Origin: Rubripirellula sp.
Lineage (GTDB): Bacteria; Planctomycetota; Planctomycetia; Pirellulales; Pirellulaceae
Direction: 5' to 3'
Length of the DNA stretch: 64,000 nt
Assembly: GCA_965216875.1 (NCBI GenBank)
Contig: OZ244207.1
Location: 160,001 to 224,000 of the forward strand
Positions 9,695-20,431 of the stretch are shown here, piece after piece. The notes under the pieces are model-generated. The model did not search any database and was not told where the DNA came from. It saw only the letters and a program-made list of their open reading frames with translations. Every line of letters begins with the position of its first letter. The stretch's first letter is position 1. A program made the translations under genes and the position numbers.

Positions 9695-11161
9695 ATGAAA
9701 TCGCTGGCTGTGTTGTTCCTGGTCTGTTGTTTACCAATTCCTCTGCTCGCCGAGACGCGCGATCTTCCCGAGGAGCGAACGGGTGAACATGCCTCAGGCA
9801 AGTCAACGAGGCCGAACATCATTCTTGTGATGGCGGACGACCAGGGTTGGGGAGACGTCGGCTACAACGGGCACCCGTTCGTCCAGACGCCGGAGCTCGA
9901 CGCAATGGCTGCCGAAGGGTTTGTCCTTGATCGTTTCTATGCCGCGGCACCAGTGTGTTCGCCGACACGAGCGAGCGTCATGACCGGACGCAATCCCATT
10001 CGTTCGAAAGTGCCCAACCACGGACGCTACATGCGGCCGCACGAACAGACGATCGCGGAAACGTTGAAAGAGGCCGGGTATAAGACGGGAATCTTTGGCA
10101 AGTTTCACCTTGGGTCGTGCCAGCCCGATTCGCCCTGCAACCCGACGGGAATGGGATTTGACGAGTGGGTCATTGGTTTGAACTTTTTCGACAACGATCC
10201 CTACCTCAGCCGCAACGGCACGATTGAACATCGCAAGGGGAAAGGTTCGGTCATCTCGATGGACGACGCGATCGACTTTTTGGGCAGGCATGCGCGGGGC
10301 GAACAACCCATGTTCATGGTGGTTTGGTTTCCGTCGCCACACGATCCACACCAAGAGGTGCCCGACGGTCCGGCACTTTACGACGGAAAGAAGATGGCCG
10401 GCTACTATCGCGAGATCACGCTGCTTGACCAACAGGTTGGGAGGCTCCGCCGCGAACTCGTCACACTCGGCATCAATGACAATACCATCGTTTGGTATTG
10501 CAGCGACAACGGCGGACTTAATGAAGCAACCTCGGGTGGCCGAAAGAGAAAGGGCAGCGTTTACGAAGGCGGCTTGAGAGTACCAGCGATCGTTCAATGG
10601 CCCGCTCGAGATCTCAAGGGCAGCACCTCCGTTCCAGCCTGGACCTGCGACATCTATCCGACGCTGTTGGCGATGGCCGGAGTATCAAGCAACGCGCCAC
10701 ATCCACTCGATGGTGTCGATATCAGCGGGATCCTCGACGGCAATTCGAATGCGCGCGAATCGGCGATGGGGTTTTGGCATCTGTTTCAACAGGGGCAATC
10801 GACCTGGAGCGACCGCATTGAAAAGGAAATCATGCTCAAGCAGGCGGCAGACGCTCCGGTCCCACATAACGCCCAGCGGATGCGCAAAGATGTCGACGAA
10901 TTCCCTCAGTTTGATGAGGACACGGCCAAGGGGCACGCGGCATGGATGGACTGGCCATGGAAATTGCATCGCATCAATGGCGCACGTTACGAACTTTACA
11001 ATCTTTCCAGCGACCCAATGGAGTCAACCGACTTGGCGCAGGATCCAGAGCATCAGCAAACGTTCCAACGCATGAAAAAGGAGCTCGGTCGCTGGATGCG
11101 TTCGGTGGTTGGCAGCATCAATGGCAAGGATTATCGCACGACGGAACAACCCTCTAAGTGA
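9695..11161 (+). CDS. Sulfatase (S1)
   Basis: SD AGGAGA before ATG 9695; PNIILVMADD, CSPTRAS, GKFHLG, SDNG. Confidence 0.95.
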   Translation: MKSLAVLFLVCCLPIPLLAETRDLPEERTGEHASGKSTRPNIILVMADDQGWGDVGYNGHPFVQTPELDAMAAEGFVLDRFYAAAPVCSPTRASVMTGRNPIRSKVPNHGRYMRPHEQTIAETLKEAGYKTGIFGKFHLGSCQPDSPCNPTGMGFDEWVIGLNFFDNDPYLSRNGTIEHRKGKGSVISMDDAIDFLGRHARGEQPMFMVVWFPSPHDPHQEVPDGPALYDGKKMAGYYREITLLDQQVGRLRRELVTLGINDNTIVWYCSDNGGLNEATSGGRKRKGSVYEGGLRVPAIVQWPARDLKGSTSVPAWTCDIYPTLLAMAGVSSNAPHPLDGVDISGILDGNSNARESAMGFWHLFQQGQSTWSDRIEKEIMLKQAADAPVPHNAQRMRKDVDEFPQFDEDTAKGHAAWMDWPWKLHRINGARYELYNLSSDPMESTDLAQDPEHQQTFQRMKKELGRWMRSVVGSINGKDYRTTEQPSK

Positions 11162-11178
11162 CGCCGAGGATCTCCGTC

Positions 11179-11204
11179 GTCGCTACGCTCGCCAGAGCGT
11201 GGGG
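11179..11204 (+). repeat. REP-like palindrome
   Basis: GTCGCTACGCTCGCCAGAGCGTGG hairpin (ACGCTC-GCCA-GAGCGT) just after the sulfatase stop; single copy in window. Confidence 0.55.
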
Positions 11205-11554
11205 AAGTCAACAACGGTCTGGCATCGCGAATCATCTTCTGGCTTTTGCACCTCGAGACGGGACGACGAACCTGAGCGTGGACCTGCTGAACGGAACATG
11301 ACTTCAAAGAACTTTTCAGAAAGAGTGTCCAATTTCAGTCCGCCGCTGCCATAACCTCTTCAGCGACCGAGCCGTCCTGCAGGCCTCTTTTTTGCCGTGC
11401 GATTTGCCACTAATCTGCGACACGTTGGATTCGACTCAGTATCGTGGGGGATCAGGCAGCCACCACATCCGCGAAATGCGTGCATCGGCGGCCGATTGCA
11501 CTCAGCCCCACTGGTTCCCAAGACAACTCACCGTTTTCCGCTATCAGCGTCTCC

Positions 11555-14401
11555 ATGAGAATTCTCATTTCGTTTGCATTTGTTCTGTTCATCGTCGCAC
11601 GGTCTTTGGCCGCTGACGCTCCCAATATTCTTTGGATTGTCACCGACGACCAACGGGTCGATTCGATCGCCGCCTTCAATCAAATGCGATTTGGGAAATC
11701 GGACAGTGCGCTGGGGAAAGTCCTTTCGCCGAACGTCGATCGGTTGGCAAAGATGGGAACGACGTTCATCAACACGTTCAACCAAAACCCTGGTTGCGCA
11801 CCGTCGCGAACGTTGATGATGACTGGACGCTATTCACACCGCACGGGTGTCTACGGCTTCGAATACTACAATCCTGTCGGCCAGAAACATTGGCGGCCGA
11901 TGGTGCCCGAAATTCTGCGCGACCAAGCGGGCTATCAAACCCTTTCGGTCGGCAAGCTTGGCATTCGTGCCCAACACTTCATCGGACAAAAAGGGGGTAC
12001 CGAACCGCCGCTGTACCAAACGCATCTTGGCTATCGCAAAGAGTTTGCCGCAAAGGGGATGGTTGACTGGCATTCCGAACGTAAATGGTCCAAGGGCAAA
12101 CCGGGGCCGAAGAACGAGACTTTCTTTTTCGCAGACGGGACGCAGCTTCATTGGCCCGAGAACGTCCAAGCTTCGCCCAATGATCGAGTTGAAATCACGG
12201 ATCGACTCGATCTGTTGCGACAATACGCTCCGGGCGACGAGACGCAAAACGGCAGCATCCTTGGCGGCGTGAATCCTCAAACGGGTGACCGCACGCGAGA
12301 CGGCAGTTTTACCAGCGCGCTGCTCGACCACTTGTCGCACGCCAATCAGTCCTACACGGACATGCTGGGGCGAAAGCAAGAAGGACCGAACTCAGAGAAA
12401 CCGCTGTTCGCTTACATCGGGTTTGAGTTTCCGCATACGCCCGTGCTTCCGCCCGCTGAGTTTCGCAAGAAGTTTCAGGATCTTGAATACGAGATCCCTG
12501 AGCTCACCAAGGAAGAGCTGGCGTCCTTCCCACCGCAATTGGTGAAGCTTTACAAGAACTCACAGAGTGATCATTTCACCGACGCCGAAAAGCGGCAGAT
12601 GATCGTCGACTACTATGCGTTTTGTGCTTACGGCGACTCGCTCGTTGGCAAGGCGGTCGATGGATTCATTGACTACAGCCATCAGCAGGGGCGTCCGTGG
12701 ATGGTGCTTTACGTTTGTGGCGATCACGGTTGGCGATTGAACGAACACGGGATGGTTTCGAAGTTCTCGCACTACGACGTCGACCTGCACAATCCGATAA
12801 TCGTCGTCTCTTCCGACAAGCAGGCGTTCCCTGAAGGCAAGGTTGTCGACGATTTCACTTGTTTCGTCGACATGGCACCGACCTTTTTGAATGCGGCCGG
12901 AATTGACGTCTCGGCAGACGAATACGAATACCTTGACGGTCGCGACTTGGCAAAGACGGCTGCTGGCGAAATACCGGCTCGTGACTACATCATTGCGGAA
13001 CCAACTTGGGTGATCGGTCCGCGCGCGGTGATCCGGACCAAGGATTACAAGTTCGCTATGAAGATTCGTCCACGCGCCGGGCACACGACGACGAAAGCGA
13101 CCGCCGGCAAAGATGTCCAATGGGCGATGGACGCCGACCTGAATGAGGTCGAGCCGACGCTTTACGATTTGCGAACGGATCCTGGCGAAATCAACAATCT
13201 CGCCTTCGATGATCGCTATCGTCCGGTGCTCGATGCGCTTCGCACCAAACTTCAAGACATTGTGCTTGGCGACGGACGAGTCGAAGTGGCTTGGACGAGG
13301 GAAGGTGGCGACGAAGTCCACACGAGCAACTTTGCACCCGGCGCCGATGACGGAAAACTGTCGGTACCAAAGGTCGATGCGGGCTCGATTCCGGCAGGGG
13401 TCACAGAATTGAATTTCCCAGCGATGATCCAGCCTGTTCCGGCAACGGGAGTGTTTCGCTCGAAAGAGTTTGACATATGGGGTGGTTCACCGATCAAGGG
13501 CGACGACGGCAAGTACCACCTTTTCTATTCGCGGTGGCCACACAGGCTGGGGCACGAAGCATGGGTGACGCATTCCGAAATCGCACACGCGGTGGCGGAG
13601 AGTCCGTTTGGTCCTTGGCAGCATGCCGACGTGGCGTTGCCGGCGCGAGGCAACACGTATTGGGATGGATCGTGCACGCACAACCCAACCGTGCTAAAGG
13701 TCGACGGCAAGTATTACCTTTACTACATGGGCAATCGCGGTGACCAAACCGTCGTCAAGCCGCTCAATTGGGACCACCGCAATCAACAACGAATCGGCGT
13801 CGCCGTCGCCGACTCGCCATCGGGGCCTTGGAAACGTTTTGACAAACCGGTCGTTGACATCAGTGCCGATCCAAACGCGATCGATGCCCTTTGCGTTTCC
13901 AATCCAGCGATCACCGTTCGACCCGATGGTGGTGTGTTGATGGTCTACAAAACGGTCGCAAAGAAATTGAAGATGCCCTCCGGTGGTCCAGTCGGTGCAT
14001 CCGTCGCGTTGGCGGATCATCCAACCGGGCCATTCGAAAAGCTCGACGTCCAGCCGTTTGCCGTGCCCGGCGAACGCTTTGCGGCCGAAGATCCCTACAT
14101 TTGGTACGGCGAGGATCGCTATTGGGCCATCGTGAAAGATCGCAACGGGCACTTTACTGGGATCAAGGGGTTTACTCTGGCCTTGTTCCAGTCAAACGAC
14201 GGAATCAATTGGGAGCCCGCAAAGAACCTGCTCGTCACCGCACCTGGATTCACCTGGCAGGACGGTAGCCGCGAAGAGCTTGTCATTATGGAACGGCCAC
14301 AACTGTTGTTCGAAAATGGCAAACCGATCGCATTGTTCTGTGCTGGCGCCAAGACACGTGACAAAGCCAATGGATTCAATGTCCAAATCCCACTGAAGTG
14401 A
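11555..14401 (+). CDS. Sulfatase fused to C-terminal five-bladed beta-propeller glycoside hydrolase (GH43-clan-like)
   Basis: PNILWIVTDD, CAPSR, GDHG; then WGGSPIKGDDGKYHLFYSRW, HNPT, RIGVAVADSPSGPW, EDP, ERP. Confidence 0.88.
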   Translation: MRILISFAFVLFIVARSLAADAPNILWIVTDDQRVDSIAAFNQMRFGKSDSALGKVLSPNVDRLAKMGTTFINTFNQNPGCAPSRTLMMTGRYSHRTGVYGFEYYNPVGQKHWRPMVPEILRDQAGYQTLSVGKLGIRAQHFIGQKGGTEPPLYQTHLGYRKEFAAKGMVDWHSERKWSKGKPGPKNETFFFADGTQLHWPENVQASPNDRVEITDRLDLLRQYAPGDETQNGSILGGVNPQTGDRTRDGSFTSALLDHLSHANQSYTDMLGRKQEGPNSEKPLFAYIGFEFPHTPVLPPAEFRKKFQDLEYEIPELTKEELASFPPQLVKLYKNSQSDHFTDAEKRQMIVDYYAFCAYGDSLVGKAVDGFIDYSHQQGRPWMVLYVCGDHGWRLNEHGMVSKFSHYDVDLHNPIIVVSSDKQAFPEGKVVDDFTCFVDMAPTFLNAAGIDVSADEYEYLDGRDLAKTAAGEIPARDYIIAEPTWVIGPRAVIRTKDYKFAMKIRPRAGHTTTKATAGKDVQWAMDADLNEVEPTLYDLRTDPGEINNLAFDDRYRPVLDALRTKLQDIVLGDGRVEVAWTREGGDEVHTSNFAPGADDGKLSVPKVDAGSIPAGVTELNFPAMIQPVPATGVFRSKEFDIWGGSPIKGDDGKYHLFYSRWPHRLGHEAWVTHSEIAHAVAESPFGPWQHADVALPARGNTYWDGSCTHNPTVLKVDGKYYLYYMGNRGDQTVVKPLNWDHRNQQRIGVAVADSPSGPWKRFDKPVVDISADPNAIDALCVSNPAITVRPDGGVLMVYKTVAKKLKMPSGGPVGASVALADHPTGPFEKLDVQPFAVPGERFAAEDPYIWYGEDRYWAIVKDRNGHFTGIKGFTLALFQSNDGINWEPAKNLLVTAPGFTWQDGSREELVIMERPQLLFENGKPIALFCAGAKTRDKANGFNVQIPLK

Positions 14402-14427
14402 GTCGCCTCGCGGTTTCAACAGGAATT

Positions 14428-14526
14428 ACCCTCCCACTTGTGGGAGGGTCGGGCGCTAAAGCCCGGGGAGGGCCGTCCGAGGTGCCCCTCACCGGGCCTG
14501 AGAGCCCGACTCTCACAAGGAGAGTG
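14428..14526 (+). repeat. Composite palindromic intergenic repeat, copy 2
   Basis: ACCCTCCCACTTGTGGGAGGGT...CCCGGGGAGGG...CCCTCACCGGG...AGAGCCCGACTCTCACAAGGAGAGTG. Confidence 0.75.
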
Positions 14527-14591
14527 TCATGCACAGCATGACCTACGCGAGTCGCGGCTCAGAAAACCAAACCCTACCCTGAATTCCCGCC

Positions 14592-16843
14592 ATGAAAGCT
14601 GCCGCCACCTTTCTTTTTCTACTGCTGCTGTCGGCGACCTCTGCGGTCGCTGCCGAGCGGAAGCCAAACATCGTTCTGTTGTTTGCCGACGACATTAGCG
14701 CGCGCGAGTTACCGCTGTACGGTTCCTCGGTCTGGAGTCCACCGACCGGCGGAACGACGAGTGATGAGAAGTACCGAGCATCCACTCCAGTGCTCGACAA
14801 GCTTGCCGAACAAGGTTGTTGGTTCAAGACTGCTTGGGCATCGGTCGTTTGCTCGCCGAGTCGCGCGATGATGATGACTGGTCGGTACGCTCACTTGCAC
14901 AAATGGTGGGGCAACAAATCGAAAGGAAAGTATGTCGATGAAACTGGCAAAGAATCGACTTGGCCTCTCTACCTGAGTTCGCCGACTCAAATCGGTCATG
15001 TCGCCCAGCAAGCCGGCTATGCAACCTATTGGGCCGGCAAAACTCAGATGGCCGGCGATCTCCGTCGGTTCGGCTTCGACCAAGGCTGCTTCACTCCAGG
15101 CGGGCTGTCGGACAAGGACAACCCCTACACCGATTTCAAACACATCACCAAAAAGGTCGACGGCCAACGAGTGCTCTTAAATGCAGACACCAACCTGCCC
15201 GTGGACACCTACCAGCAACATGGTTGGTACTTTTTCCCGCATGTCCGATTGATGAACCATGGCGGCAAGGGTTTTCAGTGGTGGCCGAACTCGCCCCAGT
15301 CCGAAGCGAGTTTTGGGGTGTCCACCTATGGTCCCGATGTCGAACTCGATTTCATCTTCGACTTCATGGAAAAACACGCCGCAAATGACAAACCGTTTTT
15401 TTCTACCACACTTCCCATCTAGGGCATGATGCCTTTGATTGGCTCAACCCCGATTCGACGAGCAAGTGGCCTGGCACGCCGGTGATTCGTTGGGATGGTC
15501 AGCGTTACATTCGCACCGAGCCAAAGATCACGGGCGATGAGGGCCAATACGAGACCCATGGCACCGTGACGCCCTCGGGAATTCATCACCACATCAACTA
15601 TCTCGATTATCAAACGTGGCTTTACCAATACAAACTTCGTGACCTTGGCATCGCCGACAACACGATCTTCATTTTCTGTAGCGACAACGGCACAAGCGGG
15701 TATGGCAAGAACAGCACCGATCGTCAAAAGGGGACGCACGTCCCGTTGATCATTCATGCACCGGGGATGACCCGGCGCGGCGCACAAGACGCACTCGTCA
15801 ATCTGTCAGACTTCTTGCCCACCATCGCTCAACTGACGGGCGTTGAGCTGCCCGATAACTACGAGATCAACGGCGAAAGCTTGGTGCCTTTTTTGTTTGG
15901 CGACAAACCGAGTCACCGCGAGTGGCTTTACGGTTACAAGGATGGCGAGCAGATTATTCGTGGGGAAAATGTCATGCGTGATGGCCGCGGCAAGTGGTGG
16001 GACGTCGCGCAGACACCGGATGACCTGATCAGTTTCAAGCCGATCACTGATTGGGAGGCCGTTTCTCACGATCATCGCGAGGAACGAGACAAACTCGAAT
16101 CGCTCCTGCCCCGATTCAACCAGAAACTGCACGGCAAGAACGGGCCGGGTGTCGAAAACCCACGCAGCGATAAAAGGCTTACCGCGACGACGCAAACACA
16201 GTCGAAGTGGAAACTGACCTTCCACGATGATTATGAAGGACGCGGCGAGATTGGCGGTGATTACAAAACGAGTCTCGGTCACGAAGACGCATGGACGGTT
16301 CGCGACGGCGTGTTGGTGGGCAAGCAAACGCGTGACGACCACGGCGCTGTGATTCGTACGGAGATCGACTTTGACGACATCGATATCGAGTTTGATTTTC
16401 GCTTTGACGGTGGCAAGAGTTTTAACTTTGTGATTGACGACGCCAATGAAGCATCGGTACATGCGGGACACATCTGTCGAGCTTCGGTTTTTCCGCGTTT
16501 CATTCGTATCAGCGATGACAAACTCGGTGGCATGAACCTCGAAGTTCGCAAGCTTCGCAAAGATCCCAATCTGGCGCCCGAAGAGGCGACGAAGCTCAAG
16601 GCGCTGCTCGAGCGAACACAAGCCTCGGCAAAGATCGATCTCAAGCAGGGCGTGTGGTACACACTTCGAATTCGCATTCGCGGCGAAGTGATGAAGGCGT
16701 TTCTCGATGATGAACTGGTCACGAGCCTGCGGTCGCCCGGATTCGCCCATCCGACCAAGACGAAGTTCGGTTTCACGGTCAATGGACAATCGATCGAGTA
16801 TGACAACTTGATGGTGCGCCAACCACGAGCCGCAGAGCGATAG
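14592..16843 (+). pseudogene. Frameshifted sulfatase with C-terminal DUF1080-like beta-sandwich domain
   Basis: ORF 14592-15422 has [10 protein letters not shown] and CSPSR; ORF 15482-16843 has SDNG. Adding one T to the T7 run at 15396-15402 gives [18 protein letters not shown] and a continuous ~750-aa protein. May be a sequencing error. Confidence 0.8.
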
Positions 16844-16855
16844 CGGTTTCCACCT

Positions 16856-16903
16856 CGTTACCACGCTCAGCGTGGTAACGCACACATCGGACGCTCCGCG
16901 TCC
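16856..16903. repeat. REP-like double hairpin
   Basis: CGTTACCACGC-TCA-GCGTGGTAACG (11-bp perfect stem) followed by GGACGC-TCC-GCGTCC. Confidence 0.7.
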
Positions 16904-17014
16904 TCTTCGTCGGTCATGCTCCGCATGACAGGCGGAAGCACGCGTGTAAACGAAGCAAGGCCCGGCCGATTACGCGATCACGGCACAAAAACGCACAGCC
17001 GCTCCCGATGACCA

Positions 17015-17081
17015 TGAGCCGCAGAGCGATAGCTCGCGGTTATGTATGGCAAGAACCGCACGCTATCGCGATTGCGGCTGA
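17015..17081. repeat. Inverted REP doublet (REPIN-like)
   Basis: TGAGCCGCAGAGCGATAGCTCGCGGTT and, on the minus strand, TCAGCCGCAATCGCGATAGCGTGCGGTT; an 18-bp copy also lies at 16827-16844. Confidence 0.7.
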
Positions 17082-17223
17082 TGCTGCGATCGCCACCTGC
17101 GGATTGTGATGCGGAGCGGGCAGATGACTCCAGCTATCGTTCGATACCACGAACGGCCGGGCGGTCGGTTAGACTGGGGATCCCGCCTTCGGTCGATAGT
17201 TCCCCACCTTCCTGGACCACTGC

Positions 17224-18075
17224 ATGTACCGTTGTTTTCTGATTGCGTTGCTGTTCTTCTTCTCGGTTTCTGCGCTGCACGCCCAGCAACGCAAACGCGT
17301 ACGTTGGAACGCGCCGCCCGAGGAGTGGTTTTGGGTTGACGATCAACCTGTCGCCGGCGCGACGCATCACACACTTCACAGCGAGGCAATGAATCGCGAT
17401 GTTGGCTACAACATCTATCTTCCGCCAAGCTACGAGACCGACAAACAACGACGTTTTCCCGTTGTCTACTTTTTTCACGGCGCAAGTGGTTCCGAGCGGT
17501 CGGACGCCGATCCGTCGATGATTCGGCGGCTGATTCGCGAAGGCAAGATTGGTGAAGTGATCTATGTCTATCCCAATGGTGGCCACTTCAGTCGGTATCG
17601 TGATTGGAGCGATCCCAGGGCAAACGTCAAATCGGAGACGTTCATCATCAAAGAACTTATCCCGCACATCGACGCCAGCTATCGAACGTTGGCAACGCGA
17701 CAAGGACGCGCGCTCTCGGGTTGGTCGATGGGAGGTGACGCTTCTTTGAGATTTGCCTTCAAATACCCCGAGATGTTTTGTGCGGCGGGGACGTTTTCAG
17801 CCGCGATCGACTGGGGCGCCGAAGGCGACGATTGCATTTTTGCCTACAGCCGCAAGCACGTTGAACAAATTCGCGATCGAATCGGCATCTACATGGTCGT
17901 TGGTGAAGACGATCGTTTGTTTGCACCCCACAAACGCCTCGTCCCGCACCTCAAGCAACTGAAGATCGATCACACGTTCGAGTCGGTGCCGAAGGTCGGA
18001 CACAATCTCGGCTTGATGAAGCAACACAAGGCCGAAGCGGTTGCTTTGTGGCTGGACGAGCAGCTCGAGAACTGA
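17224..18075 (+). CDS. Secreted alpha/beta-hydrolase esterase (feruloyl/acetylxylan esterase-like)
   Basis: YNIYLPPSY, VVYFFHG, ELIPHIDASY, GWSMGG nucleophile elbow, C-terminal GH. Confidence 0.88.
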   Translation: MYRCFLIALLFFFSVSALHAQQRKRVRWNAPPEEWFWVDDQPVAGATHHTLHSEAMNRDVGYNIYLPPSYETDKQRRFPVVYFFHGASGSERSDADPSMIRRLIREGKIGEVIYVYPNGGHFSRYRDWSDPRANVKSETFIIKELIPHIDASYRTLATRQGRALSGWSMGGDASLRFAFKYPEMFCAAGTFSAAIDWGAEGDDCIFAYSRKHVEQIRDRIGIYMVVGEDDRLFAPHKRLVPHLKQLKIDHTFESVPKVGHNLGLMKQHKAEAVALWLDEQLEN

Positions 18076-18142
18076 CGCGTGGGTTCGAGCCGCCTAGGTC
18101 TTGACGCCGCAGCGGAGCGAAAGTCAGTGACGAGAATGAGGA

Positions 18143-20431
18143 TTAGCGTGATTGATGGTGCGCATTGGACGAGCCCAAATCTCGGACTTCGCCGACGCTG
18201 TTGACGATGTTCTTTTCGGACAATTCACCAAGCACCACCGGATGCGTCGTTTCGTTGACGAGAGTGATGTCGCTGGCGACGTACGTGCCTGGAGAGTGCT
18301 TTTTGAAATGTTGTTCGAGCCCCTTGGGAACGTCGGGGTAGGCGGTGCAAAGGAAGTCGAATCGCATCGGATAGCCAACGATGATTGGCCGCGGCGTTTC
18401 CGATTCGGTTTGATCCGACCGGGCAAACTTGATTGTGTGACCGCGGCCCTTGATCGCCGCCAGTGGATGATCGCCCAAACTGTGAGGTGATGGATGCACG
18501 GTCAATTCGATCTGCTGACCGGTATGCCGGTCGGAATGAACATACAAGAGAGGGCCGTAGGCAGCATTGCCGCTTGAGTTTCGGATCACTCCGCGACTCG
18601 GAAGCGAGTAACCCTGGACCACGCAGTCCAACACCTCGCAGTCGGTGACGGTCGCACTTTTGGCCATGTACAGTTTGATCCCGCCGCGACATTTTTTGAC
18701 GGTGCAGTTCTCGACCACCATCTCACCGGCGCCTTTGTAGGCGCGAATACCGTCTTCGGTGCAGTTGATCATGTGATCGCGAGGGATGGGCAGACCGCGG
18801 ACCAGTTCAGGCCACTGAAGCTTGTATTGGAATCGCTTGGCAAGGTCGCCGTCGTGTGTTTCTTCGTAGCAATCGTTGCTTGGGCGAAGCGTGCCCTCAA
18901 CGACCGTATTGCGGACCGTGGTTCGATCGCCGCCTTGAACAAAGATCGCGTGACCGAACGCTTCCATTTTCAGATGACATCCGTCAATCACGCAGCGGTT
19001 GCCGGTGATTTGAATGCCGCAGTGTTTGCTTAGGCCGACGACCGCGCCGGCGCCGATACCGAACATGTTTCCATAGCCATACGGAAACGAGCCGCGAACA
19101 ATCAATTTGGTGCCGACGACGCGGTTGTCATCGCCCGGGATCACAATCTCGTTCATTCGGCCATACTTGCGACCCCGGTTGTAGCGGCCGTAGTCGGTGA
19201 CCTTCGTGCTTCCATCGGGATAGGTGTCCTCGATCGTGCCGCCGCGCAGGGTGATGTGGTTTCCGGTAAGCCGAAAGAGATTTCGACCGGAGGCAACGTC
19301 AAGTGGGACCTCGATGTGAACGTCGGTCAGGTCGACGTCGTTGTTTGAGCCGGCGAAATGAAATCCGTTTCGATCGGCGACTTTGTAGCGACCGGGCATC
19401 AGCTTGATCTGCTGGTCGCTTTTCGAAATGACTTCGCGCAGTCCATCGAGTGAGTCGACACGCACGGTCGGGCGCCGCTTTCCGTCGCTGTCTTTCACCA
19501 AAGCGTGGACTTTGAAGTTCGAATAGATATGGTGCGTGCCAACCATCCGAAAACCAAAGTAGCCCTCGCGATAGATGGGAAAACGGTCGGCTTGATAGGT
19601 TGTCGGCACCGACGATTGGCTGCGGGTTTCAGGTTCCATTTGGACGCTGTCGCCCAACGCAAATTGATAGACGAGTTTTCCATCAACGATGTATTGAACC
19701 ACATCATCAAAAGCGACCAACTGGATCTTGGTTGATTTGTCGGGCGTCAGCAGGTATCCGGGTCGGCCGTCCTTGTCGGTCAACGCGATGTGCTCGGTTG
19801 GCTTCCCGTTGACCTCACGAGGGTACCGGCGCATTCGAGTGGTTGGGCGGTCGGCAGGTCCGCCGCCTGTGCTCGCGTAGTAACCATGCATTTTGTCGTA
19901 CGACTTGAACGCTCCCGTGTACCGCTGCCCATCGAACAAACCGCTCGCCGATGAAAAGTCGTCGGGTACATCCGGGTCGGAGCACATCCAGAAATTGTTG
20001 ATGTCTCTCGGTCGAACTCCCTTTGTCTCGGGGTTGGGAGTCGGGCAGAGCACGTCGTAGGTAATCGCGACGCGCGTCTTGAGTTTTTTCTTAAACCAGA
20101 TGGTGCATCCACGTCCGGGCAAGAGGCAATCAAGCGTACCGTTTCTGGCTTCGACTTTTGCCGGCGCGAAACCGGACTTCTTCTGGACTTGTATCCCCCA
20201 GTTGTCGAGATTGTCGAAGTCGTCGTGGGCAATCAGTGCCCCGATCTTGAACAGGCCGACGCCGTGGCCAACCACGACTGGCGCGTCGGACGAAGTGGCG
20301 TCGTGTTGATTCGCTCGCTCTTCACCAAAGGCTTCGGTACCGGAGGCTCCGATGCCAAATGCTCCGGGTGAGATCATGAAGATCAATGAAGCGGCCAAGG
20401 CGAACGTCGATCGTTGTCGCTTCGGCATCAT
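18143..20431 (-). CDS. Secreted two-domain protein: YesU/DUF6250-like beta-sandwich plus right-handed beta-helix
   Basis: GCTIWF, RDINNFW, TTRMRRYP, GYFGFR in N-domain; C-domain with parallel beta-helix repeats (KHCGI, EAFGHAIF, EDGIRAY). Confidence 0.6.
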   Translation of the reverse strand: MMPKRQRSTFALAASLIFMISPGAFGIGASGTEAFGEERANQHDATSSDAPVVVGHGVGLFKIGALIAHDDFDNLDNWGIQVQKKSGFAPAKVEARNGTLDCLLPGRGCTIWFKKKLKTRVAITYDVLCPTPNPETKGVRPRDINNFWMCSDPDVPDDFSSASGLFDGQRYTGAFKSYDKMHGYYASTGGGPADRPTTRMRRYPREVNGKPTEHIALTDKDGRPGYLLTPDKSTKIQLVAFDDVVQYIVDGKLVYQFALGDSVQMEPETRSQSSVPTTYQADRFPIYREGYFGFRMVGTHHIYSNFKVHALVKDSDGKRRPTVRVDSLDGLREVISKSDQQIKLMPGRYKVADRNGFHFAGSNNDVDLTDVHIEVPLDVASGRNLFRLTGNHITLRGGTIEDTYPDGSTKVTDYGRYNRGRKYGRMNEIVIPGDDNRVVGTKLIVRGSFPYGYGNMFGIGAGAVVGLSKHCGIQITGNRCVIDGCHLKMEAFGHAIFVQGGDRTTVRNTVVEGTLRPSNDCYEETHDGDLAKRFQYKLQWPELVRGLPIPRDHMINCTEDGIRAYKGAGEMVVENCTVKKCRGGIKLYMAKSATVTDCEVLDCVVQGYSLPSRGVIRNSSGNAAYGPLLYVHSDRHTGQQIELTVHPSPHSLGDHPLAAIKGRGHTIKFARSDQTESETPRPIIVGYPMRFDFLCTAYPDVPKGLEQHFKKHSPGTYVASDITLVNETTHPVVLGELSEKNIVNSVGEVRDLGSSNAHHQSR

